From positions 672,001 through 736,000 of the forward strand of contig JAXSNR010000001.1 of the NCBI GenBank assembly GCA_037925075.1: a DNA stretch of 64,000 nucleotides. The letters run 5' to 3'. The notes beneath the pieces are model-generated. The model worked only from the letters and a program-made list of their open reading frames with translations. It had not been told where the DNA came from and made no database searches. Made by a program: the position numbers and the translations under genes. Below are positions 8,182 to 18,566 of the stretch, in pieces. How positions within the stretch are numbered: position 1 is the stretch's first letter; every line of letters begins with the position of its first letter. Source of the DNA: Aquificaceae bacterium. Lineage in GTDB: Bacteria; Aquificota; Aquificia; Aquificales; Aquificaceae.

Positions 8182-10101
8182 ATGGAGAAGGTTAAGCTAA
8201 GGGTAAACGGTAAAGAACTTTTTGTAGACAAAGACACACCTCTGGGTGAGGTTTTCAAAACCCTTGGTATAGAGGATGCCATAGGTGGAAAATCTAGCTC
8301 AAGGCTTATAGACCTTCTTACACCCATAAGGGAAAGCACGGAAATAACCCCCATTTTTAAACAGGACCCAGAGAGCCTTGAGATAATGAGACATACCCTT
8401 TCTCACATAATGGCGCAGGCTTTGAAAGAGCTCTATGGCTACGACAGGGTTCATCTTGGAGTGGGTCCCACCACAGAAGAAGGCTTTTATTACGATGTGG
8501 AGGTGGAAGGCTACACCATAAGCTCAGAAGACCTTCCAAAGATAGAGGAGAAGATGAGGGAGATAATCAAAAGAAACTACCCCCTTTTTAGAAGGGAGCT
8601 TTCAAGGGAAGAATCCATAAGGCTGTTTTCAGAGATGAAGGAAAAATACAAGCTGGACATCATAAACAGAATAGACCCACAGGAAACCATATCCGTGTAC
8701 GGTCAGGATGGTTTTACGGACCTCTGCAGAGGACCTCACGTCCCTTCAACGGGTATGGTGGGAGAGTTTAAGCTTACCCATGTGGCTGGTGCCTACTGGA
8801 TGGGAGACTCCTCAAGGCCCATGCTTCAGAGGATATACGGCGTAGCCTTTTGGGACAGGAAAGAGCTTGAGGAAAGGCTGAGGTTTTATGAAGAAGCCAA
8901 GAAAAGGGACCACAGAAGACTTGGCAGAGAGCTGGAGCTTTTTCTGATAGATGATGAGGTAGGTGCTGGGCTTGTCATATGGCTTCCAAAGGGCGCAATC
9001 CTAAGAAGGACCCTTGAGGATTACTGGAAAGAGGAACACATAAAAAGAGGATACCAGCTTGTGTACACACCCCATGTGGGTAATGCCAAGCTATGGCAAA
9101 CAAGCGGACATTTAGACTACTACAGGCCCAACATGTTTTCCCCCATGGAGATAGAGCATGAAGAGTACTTTGTAAAACCTATGAACTGCCCTTTTCATGT
9201 GGCCATATACAAAAGCAAAGTGCGTAGCTACAAGGAGCTTCCTATTAAGCTTGCGGAGCTTGGTACCGTATACAGGTACGAGATGTCTGGAGTTTTGCAT
9301 GGGCTTATGAGAGTAAGAGGCTTCACGCAAGATGACGCCCACATAATATGCACTTCCGAGCAGGTGGAGGAGGTGATACAGGAAACCCTTGAGTTTGCGG
9401 TTGAAATGCTCAGAGACTTTGGCTTTGAGGACTTTAAAGTTTACATCTCCACAAAACCTTCTGACTCCATAGGCTCTCCAGAGCAGTGGGAGCTGGCTGA
9501 AGGTGCCCTCAAAAAGGCGGTGGAAAAGGTAGGGCTACCCTATGAAATAGACGAGGGTGGTGGAGCCTTTTACGGACCAAAGATTGACGTTAAGATAAAG
9601 GATGCCATAGGCAGGCTTTGGCAGTGCTCCACCATACAGTTTGACTTTAACCTTCCAGAACGTTTTGAAATGGAGTATGTGGGACCAGACAACAGAAGGC
9701 ACAGGCCCTACATGGTTCATAGGGCTATCTTTGGTTCCATAGAGAGGTTTGTGGGTGTTCTTTTGGAGCATTACGCCGGGCTTTTGCCCCTGTGGCTCTC
9801 TCCCGTTCAAGTTAAAGTCATACCCATATCTCTAGAAAAGCACGGGGACTACGCAAGAGAAGTTGAAGCTTTACTAAAGCATAAGGGCATAAGGGTGGAG
9901 ATGGACCTCAGAGAAGAAAGGCTCAACGCACGCATAAGGGATGCAGAGCTTCAGAAAATCCCCTATGTGGTGGTCTTGGGAGACAAGGAGATGCAAAACA
10001 AAAGCCTATCGGTGCGTAGCAAGAGGGAAGGAAACTTGGGCTTTATGACCTTGGATCAATTCTTGCACATGCTAACCGAGAAGGTAAGAAACAGAGAATA
10101 A
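8182..10101 (+). CDS. thrS: Threonyl-tRNA synthetase
   Basis: TGS, HxxxH and DLCRGPH editing motifs, RDHRRLG, KPMNCP, GAFYGPKID, HRAIFGSIERF. Confidence 0.98.
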   Translation: MEKVKLRVNGKELFVDKDTPLGEVFKTLGIEDAIGGKSSSRLIDLLTPIRESTEITPIFKQDPESLEIMRHTLSHIMAQALKELYGYDRVHLGVGPTTEEGFYYDVEVEGYTISSEDLPKIEEKMREIIKRNYPLFRRELSREESIRLFSEMKEKYKLDIINRIDPQETISVYGQDGFTDLCRGPHVPSTGMVGEFKLTHVAGAYWMGDSSRPMLQRIYGVAFWDRKELEERLRFYEEAKKRDHRRLGRELELFLIDDEVGAGLVIWLPKGAILRRTLEDYWKEEHIKRGYQLVYTPHVGNAKLWQTSGHLDYYRPNMFSPMEIEHEEYFVKPMNCPFHVAIYKSKVRSYKELPIKLAELGTVYRYEMSGVLHGLMRVRGFTQDDAHIICTSEQVEEVIQETLEFAVEMLRDFGFEDFKVYISTKPSDSIGSPEQWELAEGALKKAVEKVGLPYEIDEGGGAFYGPKIDVKIKDAIGRLWQCSTIQFDFNLPERFEMEYVGPDNRRHRPYMVHRAIFGSIERFVGVLLEHYAGLLPLWLSPVQVKVIPISLEKHGDYAREVEALLKHKGIRVEMDLREERLNARIRDAELQKIPYVVVLGDKEMQNKSLSVRSKREGNLGFMTLDQFLHMLTEKVRNRE

Positions 10102-10889
10102 TGCTTGGAAGGGTTGCAGTCCATGTATGGGAAGAGGATTACCACTACTTGCGGTATGTGAGGTTTATCCTCTCTGGGCTCAGCACAAAGCCTCACTTTC
10201 TTTTTGTGGAGGAGGAAAACCTCCTTGGAGACCTTGTGAACTTCTTCTCAAAGCCTTCCGAAGAGAGGGAGCATGCCATAAGGAAACACATAGGTGAACT
10301 CTTTCAAGATTATGAGTTTTATACGCTAACCGGCTCTCCTCGCGATACCTTAGACCATCTTCAGAAAAACTATGACCTGGTTTTTGTAAAGTACAAAAAA
10401 CACTTCTTTCGTAGGTCTATGCCCGAGTGGATAATCTCTAAAACCGACAGCCTCAAGCTTTGGGTTTACAAGGAAGGAGCCATCCCGAGCATAAAAAGGG
10501 TATGTCTTCCAGTGGATTTCTCCGAAAGGTCTGTTAAACAGGTGGAATTCGTCCTTAAGCTAAGGGAGTTTTTATCCTTTGAATTTGACTTGGTTTATTC
10601 CATCAATATAAGTAGGCTGAAAAATAAGCTAGATAGCGGTGACTACTCAAAAAGCTTAGAGGATAAGGTAGGAGAAGCAAGGCACATGTTTACCGATATG
10701 TTTGGTGGTAAGGAGATGAATTTAGTACTTTTGGAAGGAGACCCATACAAGGAGATGGTAAGGTTTATAAACTCTTCCAATTATGACTTGGTGGTTGTGG
10801 GCAGGAGAGGTAGAGGCATGAGAGAAAGGATAGGAAGCGTCTCCCTTCATCTTATAAGGAGTTTGAAATGCCCAGCGCTTGTCCTGTGA
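10101..10889 (+). CDS. Universal stress protein (tandem USP)
   Basis: LPVDFSERS and DLVVVGRRG..IGSVS..LIR..CPAL motifs. Confidence 0.85.
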   Translation: MLGRVAVHVWEEDYHYLRYVRFILSGLSTKPHFLFVEEENLLGDLVNFFSKPSEEREHAIRKHIGELFQDYEFYTLTGSPRDTLDHLQKNYDLVFVKYKKHFFRRSMPEWIISKTDSLKLWVYKEGAIPSIKRVCLPVDFSERSVKQVEFVLKLREFLSFEFDLVYSINISRLKNKLDSGDYSKSLEDKVGEARHMFTDMFGGKEMNLVLLEGDPYKEMVRFINSSNYDLVVVGRRGRGMRERIGSVSLHLIRSLKCPALVL

Positions 10890-11509
10890 GCAGGCTCGCT
10901 AAGGTGTTTCTTGCGCCTCTCTGTCCAACGGTTAAAAGGGTTTTCAGGAGTTTGTTTCGTGTGGAAGCCTTCGGGCTTGAAAACATCCCCTCAGAACCCT
11001 GCATAGTGGCAAGCAACCACAGGAGCCACCTTGACCCCCCTGTTCTCAACAGCCTTTTTCCAGAGCCTTTGAGATTTCTTGCCAAGGAAGAGCTCTTTAG
11101 GGTGCCCGTGATTGGAAAAATACTTCCCCATATGGGTGCCTTGCCCGTCAGGCGAGGTTCTGGAGACTTGGAAGTGCTTGAACTTGCCCTTGAGCTCATG
11201 CACTTTGGCTGTAAGGTTTGTATATTCCCAGAAGGGACGAGGGCAAACCCCGGGCAGTTTCTCAAGCCAAAGCTAGGTGTTGGTTTTTTAGCCATAAAAA
11301 GCCAAAGACCAATACTCCCAGTGTACATAGAAGGTACAGACAAGGTTTTTCCTAAGGGTGCTAAACTTCCAAAGCCCGGACATCCCATAAGAGTCTTTAT
11401 AGGTAAAAGCAGGGTTTACCACGAAGAGGATAATCTAAAAGGCTACAGAAGGGTGGCGGAGGATATAATGGAAAGCATAAAGGAGCTTGCCCGTGCCAAG
11501 GGTAGTTAG
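10868..11509 (+). CDS. plsC: 1-acyl-sn-glycerol-3-phosphate acyltransferase (start may be GTG 10886)
   Basis: NHRSHLD, AKEEL, FPEGTR motifs. Confidence 0.9.
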   Translation: MPSACPVSRLAKVFLAPLCPTVKRVFRSLFRVEAFGLENIPSEPCIVASNHRSHLDPPVLNSLFPEPLRFLAKEELFRVPVIGKILPHMGALPVRRGSGDLEVLELALELMHFGCKVCIFPEGTRANPGQFLKPKLGVGFLAIKSQRPILPVYIEGTDKVFPKGAKLPKPGHPIRVFIGKSRVYHEEDNLKGYRRVAEDIMESIKELARAKGS

Positions 11510-11906
11510 CATAGTAGGAGAGCACAATGTAGGGAAGACCACCTTCATAGAGGCCCTTATACCCCACCTGAGGGCAAAGGGTCTAAAGGTTGGATACCTA
11601 AAGCACGACCCAAAGGGTCACGGTATAACCGACAAAGAAGGGAGCGATACGAACAGGGTTTTTAGGATTGCGGACAAGGTTGGGCTCTTGTCTCCAGACA
11701 GGCTAACCCTTTGGGAAAAAAGAGAGGATGACCCCTTGAAGGTGGTGGAGGAGTACTTTTCGGACTTTGATGTGGTGATTTTGGAAGGCTGGAAAGGGCT
11801 AAAGGGCATAAAAAGGGTGGTCCTTGGAGGGCTTGAACTTGAGGGTCTAAAGATAGAAGGTCTCAAAGACCTGCAAAAGGTAGTAGATTATATACTGGAA
11901 GATTAA
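11493..11906 (+). CDS. mobB: Molybdopterin-guanine dinucleotide biosynthesis protein B
   Basis: G..NVGKTT, LKH....I.D.EG.DT, DVVILEGWK; SD AAGGAG before GTG 11493. Confidence 0.85.
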   Translation: MPRVVSIVGEHNVGKTTFIEALIPHLRAKGLKVGYLKHDPKGHGITDKEGSDTNRVFRIADKVGLLSPDRLTLWEKREDDPLKVVEEYFSDFDVVILEGWKGLKGIKRVVLGGLELEGLKIEGLKDLQKVVDYILED

Positions 11907-11922
11907 AAAAGGAGGCACCAAC

Positions 11923-12492
11923 ATGGTATGCATAACCCATCTTGAGCTTTGTCCCTATTGTAAAAGGATAGCACTTAGGGTTTGTGAGTACGATGAGCCG
12001 TACCCAAGGGTGGAGGCTGAGTGTCAATGTTGTGGCTACAGGGCATACGATGTGCCCATGAGGCTCACTCAGGAAGATTTTAGAAACATACTTGACAAGC
12101 TTGGAAGAAAGCTCATAGGTGAGGTTTGCATAGATGACCGATGCGCCTCTACAAGGGTGATAAGGCTAATAAAGGAGGGCAGTTATGCGGAATACCGGTG
12201 CCTTGAGTGTGGTTCCGAGTGGAACAGTGATGAATTGCAAAAGGCCATAGATAGGGTAAAGGGGGTACAAAGTGGTCTAAAAAACGGAAACAGGCTTATG
12301 GAGCTTCTAAAGGCTGGTGAAGGAGAGTGTCCCCTGTGTGGATGGGATATTGGTCATATGCATGTGGGATATGCGGTCTCCATTGAGTGCTTTGTCTGTG
12401 GCTATCATACAGATACGAAAGAAGTTTTACCTCAAGTTGACCCCTCAACCCTTGAATGTCCCGAGTACGAAAGGTCAGAGGAGACAGGTTGA
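11923..12492 (+). CDS. Multi-CxxC zinc-ribbon hypothetical protein
   Basis: CPYC, CQCC, C..DDRC, CLEC, CPLC, CFVC; SD AAGGAGG. Confidence 0.7.
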   Translation: MVCITHLELCPYCKRIALRVCEYDEPYPRVEAECQCCGYRAYDVPMRLTQEDFRNILDKLGRKLIGEVCIDDRCASTRVIRLIKEGSYAEYRCLECGSEWNSDELQKAIDRVKGVQSGLKNGNRLMELLKAGEGECPLCGWDIGHMHVGYAVSIECFVCGYHTDTKEVLPQVDPSTLECPEYERSEETG

Positions 12493-12977
12493 GGGTGCCC
12501 CACCAAGAGTTTATAAGGTACGAAGGCTGGAAGGAGCAGTTTTTGAAAGATTACGAAAAGATAAACTCAAGGGATATACATAAGCTGGCTCAGGAGATTG
12601 AGGAAATGTATCCAGAACAAGAAGAAAGGCTTTTTAAGGCTTTGATATCCATGTATGTGGGAGGTTATGAAAAGAGATTGGAAGACCCGGAGATAAGATA
12701 CTGGACCAACTGGGCTGGTATAAAGACCTACAGAACCTTTAATGGGTTTCCACAGCTTTCAGATATGGAGCTTGCCTTTGCCTTTTATGCCATGGGTAAG
12801 GTTTTTGTCCCACTTCTTTTACATGAGAAGGGTGTAAAGTCCAAAAGCTTCAAAGGCCTAAGCCAAGAGGAGCAGGAGAAGGCGGTGATGGAAGAGTTGG
12901 AAGTAATATGGGAGAACCATCTCATAAGAGTGCTTCAGATACTGCCCTTCCTTGGGTTTAACTCTATGAGCATATAA
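12489..12977 (+). CDS. Hypothetical protein
   Basis: TTG at 12489 overlaps upstream TGA (TTGA) with GAGGAG SD; native codon usage. Confidence 0.65.
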   Translation: MRVPHQEFIRYEGWKEQFLKDYEKINSRDIHKLAQEIEEMYPEQEERLFKALISMYVGGYEKRLEDPEIRYWTNWAGIKTYRTFNGFPQLSDMELAFAFYAMGKVFVPLLLHEKGVKSKSFKGLSQEEQEKAVMEELEVIWENHLIRVLQILPFLGFNSMSI

Positions 12978-14659
12978 AAGCCATCCTTGTTGGGAAGAGC
13001 CTTTACCCTCCAACCATGAAGCTCCGCTATGTGCCTTACTATGGCAAGCCCAAGCCCCATGCCCTTTGGGTTTTCAGAGTGGTAGGGCAGGAAGATAAGC
13101 TCCTCTTTGCCCTCTTCTATGCCCACCCCATCATCCCTGTAAGTTATTGTGCCTTCTCTCAACTCAACCCATACACCTTTCGCGCCCCACTCAAGGCTAT
13201 TGTTAAAGAGGTTAAAAAACATGTCTCTAAGTAGTCCTTCATCTCCAACCACCTTTAGACTGCCAACCACCTGAATGGAGAGGTCTTCATAGAGCTTTGA
13301 CATCTGCCTGAGCATTTCTCCCAGGTCCAACTCTCTGAATTGAGGCTCTGTATCTGTGGAGAGACTTCTAAATTGTTCAATGGTTTTCTTTACCCTTTGA
13401 ATCTCAAAAAACATAAGCTCCGCCATCTGGGCAACACGGTCCATATCACACTGCCCCTTTTGCAAAGACCTTATGAGCCTCTCTAAGTTAAGGCTTATGG
13501 GAGTCAGAGGGTTTTTTATCTCGTGGGCTATTCTTTTAACCGCCATCTGCCAAGTTTTGAAACGCTCCGCAAGTATAACCGCCTCAAGGTCTTCGTACAC
13601 CATAACCGTACCCAGTTCCAGCTCAACCACACTTTGCCTTACGTTGCTCTTTTTAACTATCTCCTCATAGGTCCTGTTTTGAAACCTTTCACCTTCTTTT
13701 GATATAAACACTATGCCTACAGGCAAGGCGTTAAAAAGGCTTAGAAGAATCTCCTTTTCCCTGTTTAGCCTACTGTACAAGACCCTTAGCTCTTCCTTCA
13801 TACTGGCAAAACTTTTGGCAAGCTCTTGAACCTCATCTCCTGTCTGAGGTATATCCACCTTGACCTCAAAATTGCCCTTTGCCAGCTCTTTTGCCCTTTG
13901 TGAAAGCTTCTCTAAGGGTAGGCTGATGTACCTTGCCACCAGATTACCAAACCATACCGCGGAAAGAAAGGAAATAAAGCCTGCAAGCACTATAAAATAC
14001 ACATAAACCCCACCTATTATGTCCCTTGCTTTTACCATGTTTCTTAGCTCGCCCGCGGTCTGGGAGATGTCCTTCATCAGAGAGATTATTTTTGAACTTC
14101 TTGTTATGCTTATGCTGTAGCCATCAATACACAATATAGCGGCCCTTTCGGTAAAAAGCTCTTGGCATTTTGAGTCCTTTTCAACCTTAACACCTTCCAA
14201 AGATTCAAGCACTTGAAGGTCCACTTCTCTTTCCTTCAAAAGCTCTGCCATTTTTCTGTAGCCTTCCGCTCTTCTTTTTTCTTCTTCTTCTATAACAAGC
14301 TTCAAGCCTTCTGATTTTCTTGCCACTTCTTTTAGCTGTCCGCTCACAAAGGACTTTGTGGACTGAAGGAGTATTATGGCACTTACCATGTTTAGAAAGA
14401 TCAGAGGTATTATCATATAAAGCAAAAGGCTTGTGGAGAGCTTGCGTCTCAGAGGACCTTTTCTGCCAGTAAGGTATGTCTTTATAAACTTCCTGAAAAA
14501 TATTACAAAAACCACAAAGAGGACAAGTAGGTCAAGGTTTATAACCAAAAGCACAAAGGGATAGCTAATGCCCCATATATTCCTAAGATTGTCCAAAAAG
14601 GCTATGTTTATGATAGTAAAGACAGAAAGGAAAAGAAAGAAGGCAAGATAAAGCCTCAA
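12935..14659 (-). CDS. NtrY-like membrane sensor histidine kinase (HAMP, HisKA, HATPase)
   Basis: 4 TMs, HAMP (PL..L...DEV..LA..F..M), RIAHEIKNPLTPI, N/G1/G2 boxes. Confidence 0.88.
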   Translation of the reverse strand: MRLYLAFFLFLSVFTIINIAFLDNLRNIWGISYPFVLLVINLDLLVLFVVFVIFFRKFIKTYLTGRKGPLRRKLSTSLLLYMIIPLIFLNMVSAIILLQSTKSFVSGQLKEVARKSEGLKLVIEEEEKRRAEGYRKMAELLKEREVDLQVLESLEGVKVEKDSKCQELFTERAAILCIDGYSISITRSSKIISLMKDISQTAGELRNMVKARDIIGGVYVYFIVLAGFISFLSAVWFGNLVARYISLPLEKLSQRAKELAKGNFEVKVDIPQTGDEVQELAKSFASMKEELRVLYSRLNREKEILLSLFNALPVGIVFISKEGERFQNRTYEEIVKKSNVRQSVVELELGTVMVYEDLEAVILAERFKTWQMAVKRIAHEIKNPLTPISLNLERLIRSLQKGQCDMDRVAQMAELMFFEIQRVKKTIEQFRSLSTDTEPQFRELDLGEMLRQMSKLYEDLSIQVVGSLKVVGDEGLLRDMFFNLFNNSLEWGAKGVWVELREGTITYRDDGVGIEEGKEELIFLPYHSENPKGMGLGLAIVRHIAELHGWRVKALPNKDGFYMLIELNPRKGSI

Positions 14660-15327
14660 TGCATTTCCTTCTCCTTTATGTGTTGGTGTTTGACCACCTC
14701 GCCTTCAGACCAGTATATGGTCATCTCCGCTATGTTTTCCGCATGGTCTGCCATCCTCTCAAAGTGCCTTGCTATAAAGGAAAGATGCATGGACCTTCTT
14801 ATGTTTCTTGGATCTTCAAGCATATAGGTGATCAGTTCCCTTTGCACCTGATGGTACAGCTCATCCACCATGTCATCTCTTTCTATGACCTTTTTGGCGA
14901 GGGCAGTATCCCTTTGGAAGAAGGATAATACCGCGTCCTCTATCATGCCCTTTACGTTGGCAGCCATCAGGGTAAGGTTTATATAAGGCTTTAGGGGTGG
15001 CTCTTGTGCAAGAAGTATGGACCTCTCTGCTATGTTTTCAGCCTCATCTCCTATCCTTTCAAGGTCGGAGACTATCTTGTACATACCCATTATAAGCCTT
15101 AGGTCCACCGCCTCTGGCTGGTAAAGGGCTATCATCCTTATACACCTTCTTTCTATCTCCACCTCCATCTGGTCAATCTGGTCATCACCCTTTATGACCT
15201 CCTCCGCCAACTCCACGCTTTGCTTGTTGAGGGACTCTATTGCCTTATCCACCGCATCTTTAACAAGCCCTGCCATCTTGAGAACAAGATTCTTTGTTTC
15301 CTCAAGCTCCTGAAATAGTTTCATCAT
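14656..15327 (-). CDS. phoU: Phosphate signalling protein PhoU
   Basis: QPEAVDLR, DLERIGD, ERMADHAENIAE. Confidence 0.95.
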   Translation of the reverse strand: MMKLFQELEETKNLVLKMAGLVKDAVDKAIESLNKQSVELAEEVIKGDDQIDQMEVEIERRCIRMIALYQPEAVDLRLIMGMYKIVSDLERIGDEAENIAERSILLAQEPPLKPYINLTLMAANVKGMIEDAVLSFFQRDTALAKKVIERDDMVDELYHQVQRELITYMLEDPRNIRRSMHLSFIARHFERMADHAENIAEMTIYWSEGEVVKHQHIKEKEMH

Positions 15328-15374
15328 AGCCTCCTTTAATTATAGTATTTTAAGGGCTCTTTGTTAAGATTCTG

Positions 15375-16160
15375 TTAAAGGCTTTCTCTGTCCAGCCTAA
15401 GTTCCACAAGCTTGTCCTCAAGTTTTAGGGTAAGTACTATTTCCTTATGATTTTCCCTTTTGCTAAGGAGCAAAGCTTTTGAGTCTGCAAGTACTTCCTG
15501 CGGTTCGCCTTCTTCAATTATCTTTCCCTTGTGTATTTTTATGACCCTGTCTGCGAGTCTTAGTGCTTCTTCCTTGTCGTGGCTTACCATAAGAGCTGGC
15601 ACTGAGGAGTTTCTTTGAAAGCTTTTTAACTCCTTTTGGAGGTCCTCCCTCAGTTCTGGGTCAAGGGCGGAAAGGGGCTCATCCAAAAGAAGAACCTTTG
15701 GTTCTCTTGCGATGGCTCTTAAAAGAGCTACCCTCTGTTTTTGCCCTCCTGAAAGCCTATCTGGCTTTTTGTACCTTAGGCCTTCCAGCCCAGCCATTCT
15801 CAAAAGCTCCAAAGCCCTTTCTTTGTCCCTTTTTTTCATGCCGTACATCACATTATCCATCACCGCCATGTTGGGAAACAGGGCGTAGTCCTGAAAAACA
15901 AAGCCCACATCTCTCTTTTGGGGCGGAAGGTTTATCCCTTTTTTTGAGTCAAACCATACCTGACCATCTACCTCTATATATCCTTCCTCCGGAGTTTCAA
16001 GCCCTGCGATGCATCTCAGGAGGGTTGTTTTTCCACTGCCAGACTGCCCAAGTATGACAAGGAACTCTGTCCCTTTTGCTTGGAGGTCCACATCAAGCCA
16101 AAAATCCCCCTCAAAGCCGTGAAGTAGCTTCCTCACTCTTGCCCTTATCACAGGCTCCAC
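15375..16160 (-). CDS. modC: Molybdate ABC transporter ATPase
   Basis: GQSGSGKTT, LSGGQKQR, LLLDEP, INLPPQKR; follows modB. Confidence 0.9.
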   Translation of the reverse strand: MEPVIRARVRKLLHGFEGDFWLDVDLQAKGTEFLVILGQSGSGKTTLLRCIAGLETPEEGYIEVDGQVWFDSKKGINLPPQKRDVGFVFQDYALFPNMAVMDNVMYGMKKRDKERALELLRMAGLEGLRYKKPDRLSGGQKQRVALLRAIAREPKVLLLDEPLSALDPELREDLQKELKSFQRNSSVPALMVSHDKEEALRLADRVIKIHKGKIIEEGEPQEVLADSKALLLSKRENHKEIVLTLKLEDKLVELRLDRESL

Positions 16161-16816
16161 CTCCTGTTGACCGCATATAGCATCACAAGACTTATGAAGG
16201 ATAGCATAAAGAGAAGGCTCGCATAAACATGTGCTGTTTTGTAGTCTATGGCTTCCACCGCATCGTATATGGCTATGGAGACCACGCGAGTCTGCCCTTC
16301 TATGTTCCCACCCACCATAAGCACCACGCCAAACTCTCCAATGGTATGCGCAAAGGAAAGCACTATCCCAGTTAGCACAGAAGCCTTCATATTGGGAAGT
16401 ATTACTCTGAAAAGTGTTTCTATCTTTGACCTTCCAAGGGTCCAGCTGGCTTCTATGATGTTTTTGGGTACGCTCCTAAAACCAGAGGTTAAAGGGTGTA
16501 CCATCATAGGAAGACTGTATATAACTGACGCTATAACTATCCCTTCAAAGTGGAATACAAGCTGACGATCAAAGACCTTGTACCATAGGGGGCCAATAAA
16601 TCCCTCCTTGCTGAAAAGCAAAAGAAGGTAAAAACCCAACACAGTTGGGGGTAAAACGAGAGGAAGTGTGGTCAGAGCTTCTATCACAAGCCCTAACCTG
16701 CTTTTTGTATAGGCAAGGTAGTAGGAGATGGGAATACCTATTATGAGAAGTACAAGGGTGGTAAGAAGGGAGAGCTTTACCGTAAGCCATATGGGGACAG
16801 GGTTTATATCCGTCAT
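16148..16816 (-). CDS. modB: Molybdate ABC transporter permease
   Basis: LPLVLPPTVLGFYLL, FAHTIGEFG. Confidence 0.95.
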   Translation of the reverse strand: MTDINPVPIWLTVKLSLLTTLVLLIIGIPISYYLAYTKSRLGLVIEALTTLPLVLPPTVLGFYLLLLFSKEGFIGPLWYKVFDRQLVFHFEGIVIASVIYSLPMMVHPLTSGFRSVPKNIIEASWTLGRSKIETLFRVILPNMKASVLTGIVLSFAHTIGEFGVVLMVGGNIEGQTRVVSIAIYDAVEAIDYKTAHVYASLLFMLSFISLVMLYAVNRRWSL

Positions 16817-17574
16817 CGCCCCACCTCGCCCGGCAAAAGGAAGCCGTATTTAACTAAGATTTTTCTTGCCTCCGGAGATCCCACAAAGTGGTAAAACCTT
16901 TTCACACTTTTGAACTTCTCTCCTTCTTTGGTAATTCCATAGCCTTGAGCAAGTCTTTCGTGTTTTTCCTCTGGAATCAACCAGTATTTGCCCTTCGCCT
17001 GCATCTGGGGGGCTAATGCCAAAGATAAGGCTATTATGCCAACTTCCGCCGCACCTGAATACACAAAACTAGCAGTCTGAGATATGTTGTCTCCAAGTAC
17101 AAGCTTATCCTTTATCTTTTCAAAGACTCCGTATGCCTGTAGTGCCTCCTTTGATGCCCTTCCGTAGGGTGCATGCTCCCAGTTGGCTATGGCAATCCTT
17201 TTAACCCTTGGGTCAAGAAGAACCTCAGGAAACTTTGAAGGGTCAAGGGGAGAGTCTTTTCTGGTCCAAACCACTATTCTACCGACCGCGTACAGCTTTG
17301 GCTCCGTTGTTATATAACCCTCCCTGTAAAGCTCCTCCACATACTTCATGTTGGCGGAGAAATATATGTGAAAGGGTGCACCCGCCCTTATCTGTGCAAA
17401 GCCCTTGCCAGAAGAGCCAAAGATAAGCTCTATCTTGTCCTCGGGATACTTCTTCTCATAAAGCTCTACGATTTCTTTTAGTGCGTACTGCAGGTCTGCC
17501 GCTGCGAAAACCCTTATAAGCTCTGCACGAGAAAAACCAAAAACACAAAAAAGCAGGAAAACCAATATCTTCAA
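16813..17574 (-). CDS. modA: Molybdate ABC transporter substrate-binding protein
   Basis: Signal peptide; FAAADL, FGSSG, HAPYG. Confidence 0.95.
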   Translation of the reverse strand: MKILVFLLFCVFGFSRAELIRVFAAADLQYALKEIVELYEKKYPEDKIELIFGSSGKGFAQIRAGAPFHIYFSANMKYVEELYREGYITTEPKLYAVGRIVVWTRKDSPLDPSKFPEVLLDPRVKRIAIANWEHAPYGRASKEALQAYGVFEKIKDKLVLGDNISQTASFVYSGAAEVGIIALSLALAPQMQAKGKYWLIPEEKHERLAQGYGITKEGEKFKSVKRFYHFVGSPEARKILVKYGFLLPGEVGR

Positions 17575-18557
17575 ATTAATACCTCCTCGGTGGTTTTTTT
17601 CTCATATCCGGGCAAGTAAGAAAGGAGTCTAGTATGTGCCTTGCCTCTAAGGAAGTCAAGAAGTCTCAGAAAGTTGCTTTCATCTTCCAGCTCTTCCCTA
17701 TAGCAAAGACAGTAGTCCTCCCAAGTTATTCCGATAAATTCAAGCCCGTACTCAAGGGCATAGGCTTTTGTGGTAATGCCCGCATCTCCAAAGCCTTCCC
17801 TTAGACTAAAGGCTACCTTCTCATGTCCCCCAGAAACAACCCTGAATTTCTCTATTTCCATGTGCGCCCTCAGGTTTTCAAATACCCTCCTTGCGCCGCT
17901 TCCTTCTTCCCTCACAAGCCAAAGCCTTTTTCTAAGCTCTTCCATATGCCACCTTTCCCTTATGGCTATTCCCTCTTCCCAAGAAAAAAGCCTCAAAACC
18001 TTGTATCCTTTTCCAAGAAAGTCCTTTATTAACCTTATGTTTTCTTCAAAGGTTCCCATATGAACACCTGCCATATGGACCAGGTTGGCTTTTAAAAGTT
18101 CAAGAGCCTTCATGCTGGAAAGGTTTATCACCAAAAGCCTTATGCCCTCCTCTCTGAGAGCCTCAGATACGAGCCTGAAGGATGGATCACAACCTGCAAA
18201 GGTGTAAAGGGGTGTATACCTTCTTCTAAACCACTCCACTTTGCCCGCCTTAAAGTATCCTTCTGGATATTCTTTTGCTTCCAAAAGGTTTAAAGGAAAT
18301 AAAATTCTTCTGTTTCCTATGCGGTAGCTTACAAACAGACCTTCTGTAAAGCCAGGAAAGGTGGTAAGCTCTTCATCACCGAAAAGCTCCTCTACACCGC
18401 ATCTTAGTGCCCTTGCGAGTCTTATGGCGTAGTCTACGGAAGGCACCGCCCTGCCGGACTCTATGGAGCTTATGGTGGTTCTTGGAATGCCTGTAAGCCT
18501 TGCAAGCTCCTCCTGAGACAGGCCGAGCCTTTGTCGTGCTTCTTTTAGCCTGCGCAT
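17571..18557 (-). CDS. XRE-family HTH fused to PBP-like domain; probable regulator of modABC
   Basis: N-terminal HTH_3 (LSQEELA..GI.R.TIS.IE.G..PS); C-terminal GCDP, SSMKAL, REEGSGAR. Confidence 0.82.
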   Translation of the reverse strand: MRRLKEARQRLGLSQEELARLTGIPRTTISSIESGRAVPSVDYAIRLARALRCGVEELFGDEELTTFPGFTEGLFVSYRIGNRRILFPLNLLEAKEYPEGYFKAGKVEWFRRRYTPLYTFAGCDPSFRLVSEALREEGIRLLVINLSSMKALELLKANLVHMAGVHMGTFEENIRLIKDFLGKGYKVLRLFSWEEGIAIRERWHMEELRKRLWLVREEGSGARRVFENLRAHMEIEKFRVVSGGHEKVAFSLREGFGDAGITTKAYALEYGLEFIGITWEDYCLCYREELEDESNFLRLLDFLRGKAHTRLLSYLPGYEKKTTEEVLI

Positions 18558-18566
18558 CGACTGTAT

